From Candidatus Sulfomarinibacteraceae bacterium (GTDB lineage Bacteria; Acidobacteriota; Thermoanaerobaculia; Thermoanaerobaculales; Sulfomarinibacteraceae), in NCBI GenBank assembly GCA_963796455.1, contig CAWCLO010000001.1, forward strand, positions 1,248,001 through 1,312,000: 64,000 nucleotides of DNA, written 5' to 3'. The notes below the pieces were generated by a model. That model saw nothing but the letters and a program-made list of their open reading frames with translations. It was not told the DNA's origin and did not search any database. A program made the position numbers and the translations under genes. Each line of letters begins with the position of its first letter. Position 1 is the first letter of the stretch. This document shows, one piece after another, positions 50,901 through 61,145 of the stretch.

Positions 50901-53607
50901 GGTAGTAGCCGCATCCACGCAACACCGCCTCGTAAGGGCTCAGCTCGTCGGCAGTCTTGCTCCGGACGGCCTCGCTCAAGGCGCGAGGCAGAACTCCGGA
51001 CCAGTCGGCGACCGTGGAGACGATCCGGGGAACGAGGTCGTCCTGCAACTCGAAGATCGCGCCGGGGTGGAACGAGCGATTGTAGGTTTCCGCCCACAGG
51101 TGGGCGCCGGTCATGGCGTCGACGAGCTGCGTCGCGATGCGCAGCATCGAACCCGCTCGGCGAATGCTGCCCTCCATCACGTATCGGGCTCCCAGCTCCT
51201 TGCCCACTGCCCGAACGTCATCCGTATCCCTCGCTATGTGCGATGTCGAGCTGCGGGCAATGACTCGGAGAAAGGAGAACCGCGACAGACCCGTGACGAT
51301 CTCCTCCGTCAGGCCCTCGGCCAAAGACGCGAGATCGGCATCGTCACCGTTGTATTTGAAGGGCAACACCGCGACCCAGAAGCCCTCGTCGGCGCGTGCC
51401 GCGCCGGAATCAGGTGCGCGGGAAAGCTCAGCCGTCTTCGATCGCGACACTGACGCCGACGTTGCCGGTATCTCAAACCCGGCCTTGCTGAACCCGTCGA
51501 GCATCTGTTCCACGAGCTCCGCATCCCACCACTTCTCGCACTCCTGACGGGCGATATCGGCAAAGTCCGGCCGGATATCGAGCAGCCTCTCGATGGCTTT
51601 GCCCGCCGCCTCGCGATCACCGAGCTGCCCGCATGCGACTGCAATCGCCGCGTGCTGACCCCAGTGGTCGGGCAGATTCACTTTCTGCGTAATGGCGAGT
51701 GCGGCTGAGTAGTCGTGTTCGCGGTAGGCGTAGAAGAAGTCGGCATACCAGTACCATCCGGGATGCGTGGGGTTGAGCCGTTTGGCACGCCCCGCGAGCT
51801 CGAGACCCCGCTCCGAGTCGCCCGAATAGATCAGCAGCTCGCCGAGAAACGCGATCGAGTTGCCGTCCATGGGGTTGAGTTCGGCGGCGCGCGCCGCCGC
51901 GTTGCGGAATGCCTCGAACTCCTTTTGGAAAAAGAGCACCTGCGCGAGACTGAAATGGGCCAGGTGGTTGGAGGGCCCGGCCTCGACGGCCCGCCGCGCC
52001 GCGTTTGCTGAGCTTTCGAGGGGATCAGCCAGAAGTTTGAAGCCCTGTCCGTACTCCTGGGCGCCGAGTAGTGCAAGCATGGCCCAGGCATCGGCAGAGT
52101 CCGGCGCCTTTTGCACCGCCAGCAAGAGGCCTTCCCGCGCCGCTGCAAGCTCTTCGGCGGTCACTCGCTCGAAATAGGAAAAGCTGCGGAGCACCGCTTC
52201 GTAGGGACTCAACTCCTCTGGAGGACAGCTGCGCAAGGCCTCGCCCATACTTCGTGGCAGAACCCCGTGGGTGTCTGCAACCGTCGAAACGATCGTCGGG
52301 ACGAGCTCGTCCTGCACGGCGAAAAGATCGTCGGCATCAAAATTCCGATCGTAGGCTTCCGCCCACAGGTGAACTCCGGATTGTGTGTCAACGAGTTGCA
52401 CCGCGAGACGGAGCTTCTTCCCCGCCCGGCGGAGGCTTCCCTCCATGACATAGCGAGCTCCCAGCTCCTCACCGACCGCGCGCACGTCGATGCCTTCGCT
52501 CGCGTATTTGAGCGTCGAGCCGCGGGCAATCACCCGCAGGTACGAGAAACGCGACAGACCGGTCACGATGTCCTCGCTCAGACCCTCGGCCAACGCGACG
52601 AGATCCTCATCACCACCGGTGTACTTGAAGGGGAGCACCGCGACCCAGAAGCCCTCGTCCGCTTTCAATCCGCTCGAGGACACCCCGGAATGCGACGGCG
52701 GGCGGGGAGCCGCGCGGGATGGTCCGGCAGCCGGACGATGTCCTTGCGCCACCATCGAGCTCGCCTCCGTCTGCAACGCCTTCAATTCGTTGAAGACGTC
52801 ACGCGCCGTTTGGTAGCGGTCGCGGCGTTTCTTCTCAAGACAGCGGCCGATGATCCGGCCGAGGTGGCGCGGCAGATCGGATCGCAGCTCCACCACCGGC
52901 GTCGGCACATCCTTCAAAATCGACGACATCAGGGCCGGCGAGCTCTTGCCCAGAAAGGGTCGTTCGCCGACGGCCATCTCGTACAAGAGCACACCGAGCG
53001 AAAAGATGTCGGTCCGATGATCGACGATTTCGCCCTCGATCTGTTCCGGCGACATATAGGGCATCGTGCCGACCACCATGCCGATTCCTGTCAAAGCCTC
53101 GGTCGGGAGCTCGGTGGAATCCGACGCATCGCCAACTTCCCGCACCTTGGCAAGCCCGAAGTCCAGCACCTTGAGTCGCCCGTCGGCATCGACCATCACG
53201 TTCGGGGGTTTGAGGTCGCGGTGGATGACGCTCTTGTCGTGCGCCGCCGAAATCGCCTCGGCCAGGGGCACCGCAAGATCGAAGAAGAGTCCGAGCTCCA
53301 TTCCATCTTCGAGGATCAGTTTGTCCAGGCTCCGGCCCTCGATGAGCTCCATGGTCAGGAAGCGAATACCATCCGCCTCCTCCACCGAGTGGATCGTGAC
53401 GATGTGGGGGTGGTTGAGCGAGGCCACCGCCCGCGCCTCGCGCTCGAAGCGATCGAGCCGCTGCGGGTCGTCGACAAACTCCTCAGGCAGCACCTTGAGC
53501 GCCACCTCGCGGCCGAGCTTGGTGTCGGTCGCACGCCACACCTCCCCCATCCCACCGGCGCCGAGCGCTGCGGTGATGCGGTAGTGAGCGAGGGTCGTGC
53601 CGATCAT
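44909..53607 (-). CDS. K3: about 2,900-aa protein with kinase, 3x(TolB-like/TPR), STAND AAA ATPase, TPR and a final TolB-like/TPR module; frameshifts near 49667 and 46612
   Basis: Three overlapping ORFs break mid-domain. GFWVAVLPF x3, GEPGIGKT, FLDDLHWAD, SWELRATTSLARLW, SIVVLPF. Confidence 0.78.
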
Positions 53608-56600
53608 GGTTGGTCTCCTTCGAGGTTCACCCGCCGCAGCAGCTCCGGATAGCGCGGGTCGTCCCGGAGGCCATCGAACATGGGATGGACCTGGAGGTAC
53701 ATCAGCATCGGGTCTTTCTCGTCGATGGCCTGCCCCACACATTCAATTGCGGCGTCCATCTCGGAGCAGGCCGCGTGCACGAGGCCAGGCGTGAGCGGAC
53801 TCCGATAAGCGGCTTCACCGAGCTCGGCGTCGTCGTTCAGGAGCCTCCACGCTTCGTCTTGCTCTCCGGCCACCGCGAGTGAGACGGCCAGCGCATTGAG
53901 AACCGCTTTCGTGCGTCCGTACGACTCAACCGCCTTCCGGCCCAAGGCCACGGCTTCGTCGAACTTGCGTTGGAAGGTCAGAGCGTAAATGAGCTCCACC
54001 TTTGCGAGCAGCTGTCCCGGATCGAGGGCGAGGCCTCGTCGGCAGGTCTCCTCCGCTTCCGCGAACCTCCGCGCACAGGTCAGGACCCGCCCTCGATTGC
54101 CGGCGTAAAGCGCCGACAGCGGATCGAGCTCGACGGCGCGATCGAGTTCGGCGAGGGCCTCGTCGAACCGTCCCCTTCCCAGCAGGCTGATCAAGCCGCG
54201 GAGCTCGTGAACCCGGGCAGACGCGGGTGCCAACTCGAGCGCTCGGCGAAAGTGACGCTCGGCCGCGAGCCAATCCCAATCCAGCACGACCGACATGATC
54301 GCCACACCCGCCTGCGCTTCTCCGTGATCCGGATCCATTTGCAACGCCCGCTCGACGAGCCCTCTCGCCTTTGCGAGTTCCACGCGAGGGTCGGCGAACA
54401 TATACCCCATCATCACGTGATAGAACGCATACTCGGTCAGTGCATCCGGGTAGTCGGGCTCGAGGGAGAGCGCCTCCTGAAGGCAGGCGAGGGCCCGCTC
54501 CGCGGCCTCGGGCGTGAACTGAAAAAAGAAATGACGGGCCTCGAGCAACGCCTCGTACGCTTTGACGTTTTTGGTCGGGCGCCTCGCCGGCACGGCCAGG
54601 TCCAGGCTGAGGTGAAGCTTGTCGACGATCGCGCCGGCGATCTCGTCCTGAATCTCGAACACATCCGTCATCTCACGATCGAAACGTTCGCTCCAGATGG
54701 GTGAGTCGGAGGCGATATCGACAAGCTGGGCCGTGATCCGGAGTCGCTGGCCCGCCCTGCGGACGCTCCCCTCGAGCACCACGCCAACCCCAAGCGCGTC
54801 GCCGACCTTGCGCAGGTCGTGCTCGCCGCGGAAGCGGAATGCCGAGGTTCTCGCGATCACCCGCAAACCGTCGAGCCGGCTCAGCGCGTTCATGATCTCC
54901 TCGGCCATGCCCTCGCAGAGGTACTCCTGGTCCTTCGCGGGGCTCATGTCCTGAAACGGAAGCACCGCGATCGCCACGACCGAGGACTCCTTCGATCGGG
55001 TTTCCGACTCCGCCGGCTCCGGTGCCGACCCCTCGAGCCCGGCCTTTCGGAGCCCGTCCATCATGTGTTCCACGAGCTCTTGATCGAACCACTTCTCGAG
55101 CCTCTCGCGTCCCGTCTGGGAGTGGTCCGGTTTCAGCCGGAGCATTTCGGCCAGCGCCTCGCCGGCGGCACTTTCCTCCCCCAATTGCCCGTAGGCCGCG
55201 GCAAGGGCCTCGTGGGTCACGAAGAACTTCGGCAGGTTGATCTTGAAGGCGATGGCAACAGCTTCACGGTAGTCGCCCCGGCGATACGCGTCATAGAAGA
55301 GTGGAAACCAGTACCAACCCGGATGCCGGGGATTGAGTTCGACTGCTCGCTCCACCAGGGCACACCCGCGCTCCCAGTCGCCCGCGTAGGCGAGCAGGGC
55401 TCCGAGACCGGCAAGGGTCGGGCTGTTCAGAGGATTGAGCGCGATCGAGCGGTCAGCCGCCGTCCGGAAGGCACCCAACTCCTTGCGGAAGTACATGGCC
55501 CAGGCCAGGGCGCTATGCGCCAAAGCGTTCGAAGGCGCCGAGTCGACCGCTCGCTGCGCGGCCTCGAGGGCGCGGCCGAGGGAATCCGGGCGTTGATTGT
55601 AGCCGTGGGACTGTTCGTCCACGTAGGTGAAGGCCAGCAACGCCCAGGCATCGGCCGAGCGCGGCGACTGCTTGACGGCCCGCTCCAGACAGGCTCTCAC
55701 CGTGGCGTGCTCTTCGGGTGTCCGACGGAAGCCCTGACCGAAAGCGCGCAGCACCGCCTCGTAGGGCGTCAGATCCTCAGGGTCCCTGCCGCGCAGCAAC
55801 TCGCTCATGGTGTGCGGCAGCACTCCGTGGGGGTCACCGACCGTGGAGGGGATCTGCGACCCGAGCTCGTCCTGCAGCTCGAAGAGGGTCTCGGCGGTGA
55901 AGGTGCGCTCGTAATTTTCGGCCCAGAGGTGGGTCCCCGCGGTCGTGTCGACGAGCTTGACCGCGAGGCGCACCTTCGTGCCGGCCTTTCGCAGGCTCCC
56001 CTCGAGAACGTAGCGCGCTTTCGCCCCGGAGGTATCGTTCGCCATCACTCGGAGGTAGGAGAAACGCGACAGGCCGGTGACGATCTCCTCCGTCAGGCCT
56101 TCTCCCAGCGCCGAAACGTCGGCGTCATCGCCCGTGTACGTAAATGGCCGCACTGCGACCCAGAATCCTTCATCCGCTCGCTGCTCGCCGGATGCCAGAT
56201 CGCCCGATGGAGCCTCAGCAGTTTCGTCCTCGTCGGCGATCTCGAGCCCCGCCTTGCGGAGCCCATCCATCAACTTCTCCACCAGATCCGGTTGGATCCA
56301 CTTGCCGTGGAGCTGGCGAGCTGACTGGCCGTAATCGGGTTTGAGGGCCAGCGTGTCCTGGAGCGATTTACGTGCCGCATCCATTTCACCCAACTGGGCG
56401 TAACACATGGCCAGCACGGCATGCTGATAGAAGCTGCCCGGAGTGTTGAGTTTGAGCGCCAGCTCCAGGGCACGACGGTAGTCTTCCTTGCGATAGGTAT
56501 CGTGCCATGCCGTGTAGTGGAACAACCCCGGAAGATTCGGATTCAGATCCAAGGCCCTTTCCGCCAGTTCACAGCCTCGTTCCCATTCTCCCGAATAGGC

Positions 56601-58382
56601 GATCAGCAATCCCATGAAGGCTGCCGTCGAACCATCCATGGGGTTGAGGGCAACGGCCCGTTCCGCCGCCGTCCGGGCTTCGGGAAACTCACGCCTGAAG
56701 AAATGAGCCTGCGCCAGCGCGTAGTGAGGCAGCGAATGGAGCGGCGCCGCCAGGACCGCCTTTCGCGCAGCCCGAAGCGCCTTGTCGAAATACTCCGGTT
56801 CCCGGTTGTCCCAGTGCCCGAACTCGTTGGAGTACATCACCGACAGCATCGCCCAGCAGTCGGCCTTTCCGGGAGATTGTTCGACCGCTCGCTCGAGACA
56901 GGACCGCGCCTCGGCGAGCGCTTCAGGAGTGAAACGCTCGTTGTAACCGAAGCTGTGGAGCAACGCTTCATACGGGGTCAGTTGATCGGCGGGCTTCAAC
57001 GCCACGGTTTCACTCATACGGCGCGGCAGGATGCCGTGCATGTCCGCGACCGTCGAGACGATGCGCGGAACCAGTTCGTCCTGGAGATCGAACAGCGCCT
57101 CCGGGCTGAAGGTGCGGTCGTAGGATTCGGCCCAGAGGTGGGCGCCGGTTGCCGCTTCGACGAGCTGCACCGCGATTCGCAGCCGGTCACCGGCCTGCCG
57201 AAGGCTGCCTTCCATCACATAGCTCGCATCGGATTCACCGCGGACCGAGGCCGCGCCGGACTCCGCGTCGGATGGGGCGGCGCCTCGCGAGACCACGCGA
57301 AGATAGGAAAAGCGCGACAGACCGGTGGCGATGTCTTCCGAGAGACCCTCGGCCAGGACCGTCAGACCGGTGTCGCCACCGGTGTGTTTGAACGGCAACA
57401 CCGCGACCCAGAAGCCCTCGTCGCGTGGTATCGACCCGGAGGCCGACAGAGTTGAAACAGCACCGGCTGAGTCGGGTGAAGGTCGGAGGTTCGCATCCTC
57501 GATCCTCGGCTGCGGCGGCACCACCGTCGCCGATGAGGCCTCACGCTGGAGCGCCTTCAACTCGTTAAATACGTCCCGCGCAGTCTGATACCGGTCGCGG
57601 CGTTTCTTCTCGAGGCAGCGGCCGATGATCCGGCCGAGGTGGCGGGGCATATCGGAGCGCAGCTCGACCACCGGCGTCGGCACATCCTTGAGGATCGAGG
57701 ACATCAGCGCCGGCGAGCTCTTGCCCTGAAAGGGTCGTTCGCCGATTGCCATCTCATACAAGAGCACGCCGAGCGAAAAGATGTCGGTCCGGTGGTCGAC
57801 GATTTCGCCCTCGATCTGTTCCGGCGACATATAGGGCATGGTGCCCACCACCATGCCGATTCCCGTCAGCGCCTCGGTCGGAAGCTCGGTGGAATCGGAT
57901 ACATCGCCGACCTCGTGCAGTTTGGCCAGCCCGAAGTCCAATACCTTGAGCCGGCCGTCGCCGTCGACCATCACGTTCGGGGGTTTGAGGTCGCGGTGGA
58001 TAACGCTCTTGGCGTGCGCCGCCGAGATCGCCTCGGCCAGGGGCACCGCAAGATCGAAAAAGAGCCCGAGCTCCATCCCACCTTCGGGGATCAGTTTATC
58101 CAGGCTCCGGCCCTCGATGAGTTCCATGGTCAGGAAGCGAATACCCTCCGCCTCCTCCACCGAGTGGATCGTGACGATGTGCGGGTGGTTGAGCGAGGCC
58201 ACCGCCCGCGCTTCGCGCTCGAAGCGATCGAGCCGCTGCGGGTCGTCGACAAACTCCTCAGGCAGCACCTTGAGCGCCACCTCGCGGCCGAGCTTGGAAT
58301 CGGTGGCGCGCCACACCTCACCCATCCCACCGGCGCCGAGCGCCGCGGTGATCTGGTAGTGAGCGAGCTTCTGACCGATCAC
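53604..58382 (-). CDS. K4: Ser/Thr kinase with 3x(TolB-like/TPR) modules, 1592 aa
   Basis: HRDLKPPN, DFGLAK, then GFWVAVLPF, GFWVAVRPF and AIAVLPF modules. No TM helix seen. Confidence 0.92.
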   Translation of the reverse strand: MIGQKLAHYQITAALGAGGMGEVWRATDSKLGREVALKVLPEEFVDDPQRLDRFEREARAVASLNHPHIVTIHSVEEAEGIRFLTMELIEGRSLDKLIPEGGMELGLFFDLAVPLAEAISAAHAKSVIHRDLKPPNVMVDGDGRLKVLDFGLAKLHEVGDVSDSTELPTEALTGIGMVVGTMPYMSPEQIEGEIVDHRTDIFSLGVLLYEMAIGERPFQGKSSPALMSSILKDVPTPVVELRSDMPRHLGRIIGRCLEKKRRDRYQTARDVFNELKALQREASSATVVPPQPRIEDANLRPSPDSAGAVSTLSASGSIPRDEGFWVAVLPFKHTGGDTGLTVLAEGLSEDIATGLSRFSYLRVVSRGAAPSDAESGAASVRGESDASYVMEGSLRQAGDRLRIAVQLVEAATGAHLWAESYDRTFSPEALFDLQDELVPRIVSTVADMHGILPRRMSETVALKPADQLTPYEALLHSFGYNERFTPEALAEARSCLERAVEQSPGKADCWAMLSVMYSNEFGHWDNREPEYFDKALRAARKAVLAAPLHSLPHYALAQAHFFRREFPEARTAAERAVALNPMDGSTAAFMGLLIAYSGEWERGCELAERALDLNPNLPGLFHYTAWHDTYRKEDYRRALELALKLNTPGSFYQHAVLAMCYAQLGEMDAARKSLQDTLALKPDYGQSARQLHGKWIQPDLVEKLMDGLRKAGLEIADEDETAEAPSGDLASGEQRADEGFWVAVRPFTYTGDDADVSALGEGLTEEIVTGLSRFSYLRVMANDTSGAKARYVLEGSLRKAGTKVRLAVKLVDTTAGTHLWAENYERTFTAETLFELQDELGSQIPSTVGDPHGVLPHTMSELLRGRDPEDLTPYEAVLRAFGQGFRRTPEEHATVRACLERAVKQSPRSADAWALLAFTYVDEQSHGYNQRPDSLGRALEAAQRAVDSAPSNALAHSALAWAMYFRKELGAFRTAADRSIALNPLNSPTLAGLGALLAYAGDWERGCALVERAVELNPRHPGWYWFPLFYDAYRRGDYREAVAIAFKINLPKFFVTHEALAAAYGQLGEESAAGEALAEMLRLKPDHSQTGRERLEKWFDQELVEHMMDGLRKAGLEGSAPEPAESETRSKESSVVAIAVLPFQDMSPAKDQEYLCEGMAEEIMNALSRLDGLRVIARTSAFRFRGEHDLRKVGDALGVGVVLEGSVRRAGQRLRITAQLVDIASDSPIWSERFDREMTDVFEIQDEIAGAIVDKLHLSLDLAVPARRPTKNVKAYEALLEARHFFFQFTPEAAERALACLQEALSLEPDYPDALTEYAFYHVMMGYMFADPRVELAKARGLVERALQMDPDHGEAQAGVAIMSVVLDWDWLAAERHFRRALELAPASARVHELRGLISLLGRGRFDEALAELDRAVELDPLSALYAGNRGRVLTCARRFAEAEETCRRGLALDPGQLLAKVELIYALTFQRKFDEAVALGRKAVESYGRTKAVLNALAVSLAVAGEQDEAWRLLNDDAELGEAAYRSPLTPGLVHAACSEMDAAIECVGQAIDEKDPMLMYLQVHPMFDGLRDDPRYPELLRRVNLEGDQP

Positions 58383-61123
58383 CGGGTGCCTCCTCTCCCC
58401 GCCAGTTCCTCGAGCTCGACGAACCAGTCGCTGACGAGCACCACCGGTCGCTCATCGGTATACGACATGGACGGCCGGTTGACGAGGATTCGGTCGCCGT
58501 CACGGGACAAATCGAAGGAAAAGCCTGCGGCGTCATGCGCGTCCAGAGTCATCAACAGGCGTTCGGTCCCTGGTTGAAACTCGGGCTCCGTTTCGAACGG
58601 CACGCTCATGAGCCGGCGTCCGCCGACCCGGTAGAGGATCTCGTTCCTGCTGGGCGACCAGCGTGCGTCGTAGCCGCCGCGCGCGGAAATGGTCCATTCC
58701 CGACCGGCAACGTCGGGAAACGGTCGCACGTAGATTGCATAGTGCCCGGCCTTGTTGGAGTGATAGATCATGAATCTCCCATCGGGTGAGAACGAAGGGA
58801 TGATCTCGTTGGCCGGGGTGCGGATGAGCGGCTGAGGCGGGTCGCTGCCGTCGAGCGTTATCAGCCAGACATCGGCGCCCGTCTCGAAATCTCCCCAGGT
58901 TCCCACCAGCAGATGGCGGCCGTCGGGCGAGGCGTCGTACGGCATGAGTGAAATGTTCCCGACTCGTTCGAGGCCGTCAGAGGTGAGCAACGGCACTTCG
59001 CCCCCGCTGCCATCCACCGGCCGTCGCATGATCGTGGCGGTACCATCGCGGAAGGCCTGATAGAAGAGCTCGCGACCATCGTGAGACCAGGCGGGGTAGC
59101 GGCTGGTACCCTCGAAGGTCACGCGGGTCAAGGTTTCGCGGGCAAAGTCGTAGACGTGAATCTGGTCGCTCTCCTCCGCCACCTGAATCGCGAGCTTGGA
59201 ACCATCCGGCGACAGCTGATAGGTGCCGTGGACATTGCGCTCCACCGACAACGGTTCGTCGGCTCCGTCTCGATCGATCCAGGTCGGTACGGTCGCCGCG
59301 TAGTCACCGCCGCGAAGGTAGACCAGGGAGCCGTCGGCGGCCACGTCGTAAAGGGCGGTGCCCCACACCGAATCGGTCGCGACGCTCTCGGAGACCTGCA
59401 CCTCGGACCCGGTCACCTCAAGGCGCTCGAGATCGAAAGGCGCGGCCAGGAGCATCCCCTGGCGCACGAAGACCAGGTGACCACTCGCCACATAACGGGG
59501 AGCGTAGCCGTCGTCGATCACCTTCTTGACAGAGCCATCTGCGAGCACCACGGAGATCACGGCCAGATCCCTACGACCCGACGCCGCACTGCCGGAGGAG
59601 TGGTTCACCAGCACCCCGCGACCACCGGGGAGGGCGTGCGGACCGAACGCATCCTCCAACTTGAGATTCTCCGGTTCGCCGCCGCCCTCGGGCACCCGCG
59701 CCAGCCGGCTCTCGCCGTGGGTGAAGTAGATCCAGCCGTCGTCGGACCAGGTTCCACCCAGGGTCACCCCTGCTTCGCAGATCATGCTCGACGGCCCACC
59801 GTCCACCGGGACCTTGCGAAGCTCGTCCTGGTCAAAAAAGGCCAACCACCTGCCGTCGGGTGAAAAGAAGGGGAAGGAACCGCCTTCTGTGTCCGGGATC
59901 AGCGTCGACTCGAGGGAGTCGAGCCGCCGCAACTCGAGAAGGCCCTCGCCTCCGTAACCCTGCCCCAGGACGACCGCGTCGCCATCTGGTGAAATGGCTA
60001 TTCCGAGCACGTCCCGCGACCCACCGATTGGGGCCGGGATCAGAATCGAACGGCGAACGGCGCGATCGGCGGAGCCAATGACCGCGTTCGGGCTCGCGAT
60101 AGCCCCGTCGAGCATGAGACCGATCACGACTCCCGCTGCTGCGCACACCAGGGCCGCGAGCACCCAAACGGGTCGGAACCGTGCGGCATGGGGGATCTTC
60201 GAATCCTCGTGGCCGTCTTCCGCGTTCGAAAGCTCGAGCCGTACATCGCCCATGTCACGCTGCCGCAGCTTCGGGTCTCGCCGCAGGCAGCGGCCGATCA
60301 GCCTCCTGACGTGCGGCGGGGTCTCGGGCGGCAGCGCGTCGAGATCCGGGTCTTTGGTGAGGATCGCGGCCATGACATCGGACACCGTCTCGCCCTGGAA
60401 GAGTCTGCGCGCGGTCAGCATCTCCCAAAGCACCACACCAAATGCCCAGATGTCAGCCCGCCGGTCCACCTTCTTTCCGCGCGCCTGCTCCGGGCTCATG
60501 TAGGCGGCGGTTCCGAGAATCACGCCTTCGAGGGTCGCGTGCTGGGTGAGCGTCGGCGAGAACGACGAGCTGACGTCGCCCCCCTCGGTTTCCCACGCCT
60601 TGGCGAGCCCGAAGTCGAGCACCTTGACCGTGCCGTCTTCGGCGAGCTTGATGTTGGCGGGTTTGAGATCGCGGTGGACGATGCCCTGCTCGTGCGCCGC
60701 CTCCAGGGCCTCCGCAATCTGCAGGGCGATCGGTATTGCCTCGTCAATCGGGATTGCTCCGCGGGCGATCCGCTCCGACAGATCCTCGCCTTCGACAAGC
60801 TCCATCACCAAAAAGATGATCTCGGGTGCGGCTTCGTCTGAGGTCAGTTTTGAGTTTTGAGTTTTGAGTTTTGAGTTGCCGTCGTTCGCAACCGTTTCCA
60901 GGCCATAGAGGTGGGCAATGTTGGGGTGGTTGAGGCTCGCCAGCACCTTCGCTTCACGGTCGAACCTGGCCAGGCGAGCCGGATCGGCAGCGAAATCCGC
61001 AGGAAGTACCTTGAGCGCCACCTCGCGGCCGAGCTTGGTATCGGTGGCGCGCCACACCTCCCCCATCCCGCCGGCGCCGAGAGCCGCGGTGATGCGGTAG
61101 TGGGCCAGGGTCGTGCCGATCAC
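58379..61123 (-). CDS. K5: Ser/Thr kinase, TM helix and PD40 beta-propellers
   Basis: GTG 61123 after an AAGGAG RBS. Kinase motifs and TM VWVLAALVCAAAGVVIGLML. Confidence 0.92.
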   Translation of the reverse strand: MIGTTLAHYRITAALGAGGMGEVWRATDTKLGREVALKVLPADFAADPARLARFDREAKVLASLNHPNIAHLYGLETVANDGNSKLKTQNSKLTSDEAAPEIIFLVMELVEGEDLSERIARGAIPIDEAIPIALQIAEALEAAHEQGIVHRDLKPANIKLAEDGTVKVLDFGLAKAWETEGGDVSSSFSPTLTQHATLEGVILGTAAYMSPEQARGKKVDRRADIWAFGVVLWEMLTARRLFQGETVSDVMAAILTKDPDLDALPPETPPHVRRLIGRCLRRDPKLRQRDMGDVRLELSNAEDGHEDSKIPHAARFRPVWVLAALVCAAAGVVIGLMLDGAIASPNAVIGSADRAVRRSILIPAPIGGSRDVLGIAISPDGDAVVLGQGYGGEGLLELRRLDSLESTLIPDTEGGSFPFFSPDGRWLAFFDQDELRKVPVDGGPSSMICEAGVTLGGTWSDDGWIYFTHGESRLARVPEGGGEPENLKLEDAFGPHALPGGRGVLVNHSSGSAASGRRDLAVISVVLADGSVKKVIDDGYAPRYVASGHLVFVRQGMLLAAPFDLERLEVTGSEVQVSESVATDSVWGTALYDVAADGSLVYLRGGDYAATVPTWIDRDGADEPLSVERNVHGTYQLSPDGSKLAIQVAEESDQIHVYDFARETLTRVTFEGTSRYPAWSHDGRELFYQAFRDGTATIMRRPVDGSGGEVPLLTSDGLERVGNISLMPYDASPDGRHLLVGTWGDFETGADVWLITLDGSDPPQPLIRTPANEIIPSFSPDGRFMIYHSNKAGHYAIYVRPFPDVAGREWTISARGGYDARWSPSRNEILYRVGGRRLMSVPFETEPEFQPGTERLLMTLDAHDAAGFSFDLSRDGDRILVNRPSMSYTDERPVVLVSDWFVELEELAGRGGTR
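60846..60877 (-). repeat. In-frame (AACTCAA)x4.6 tract in the K5 kinase domain
   Basis: Identical to the K1 tract. Confidence 0.95.
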
Positions 61124-61145
61124 GGTTGGTCTCCTTCCACGCGTT

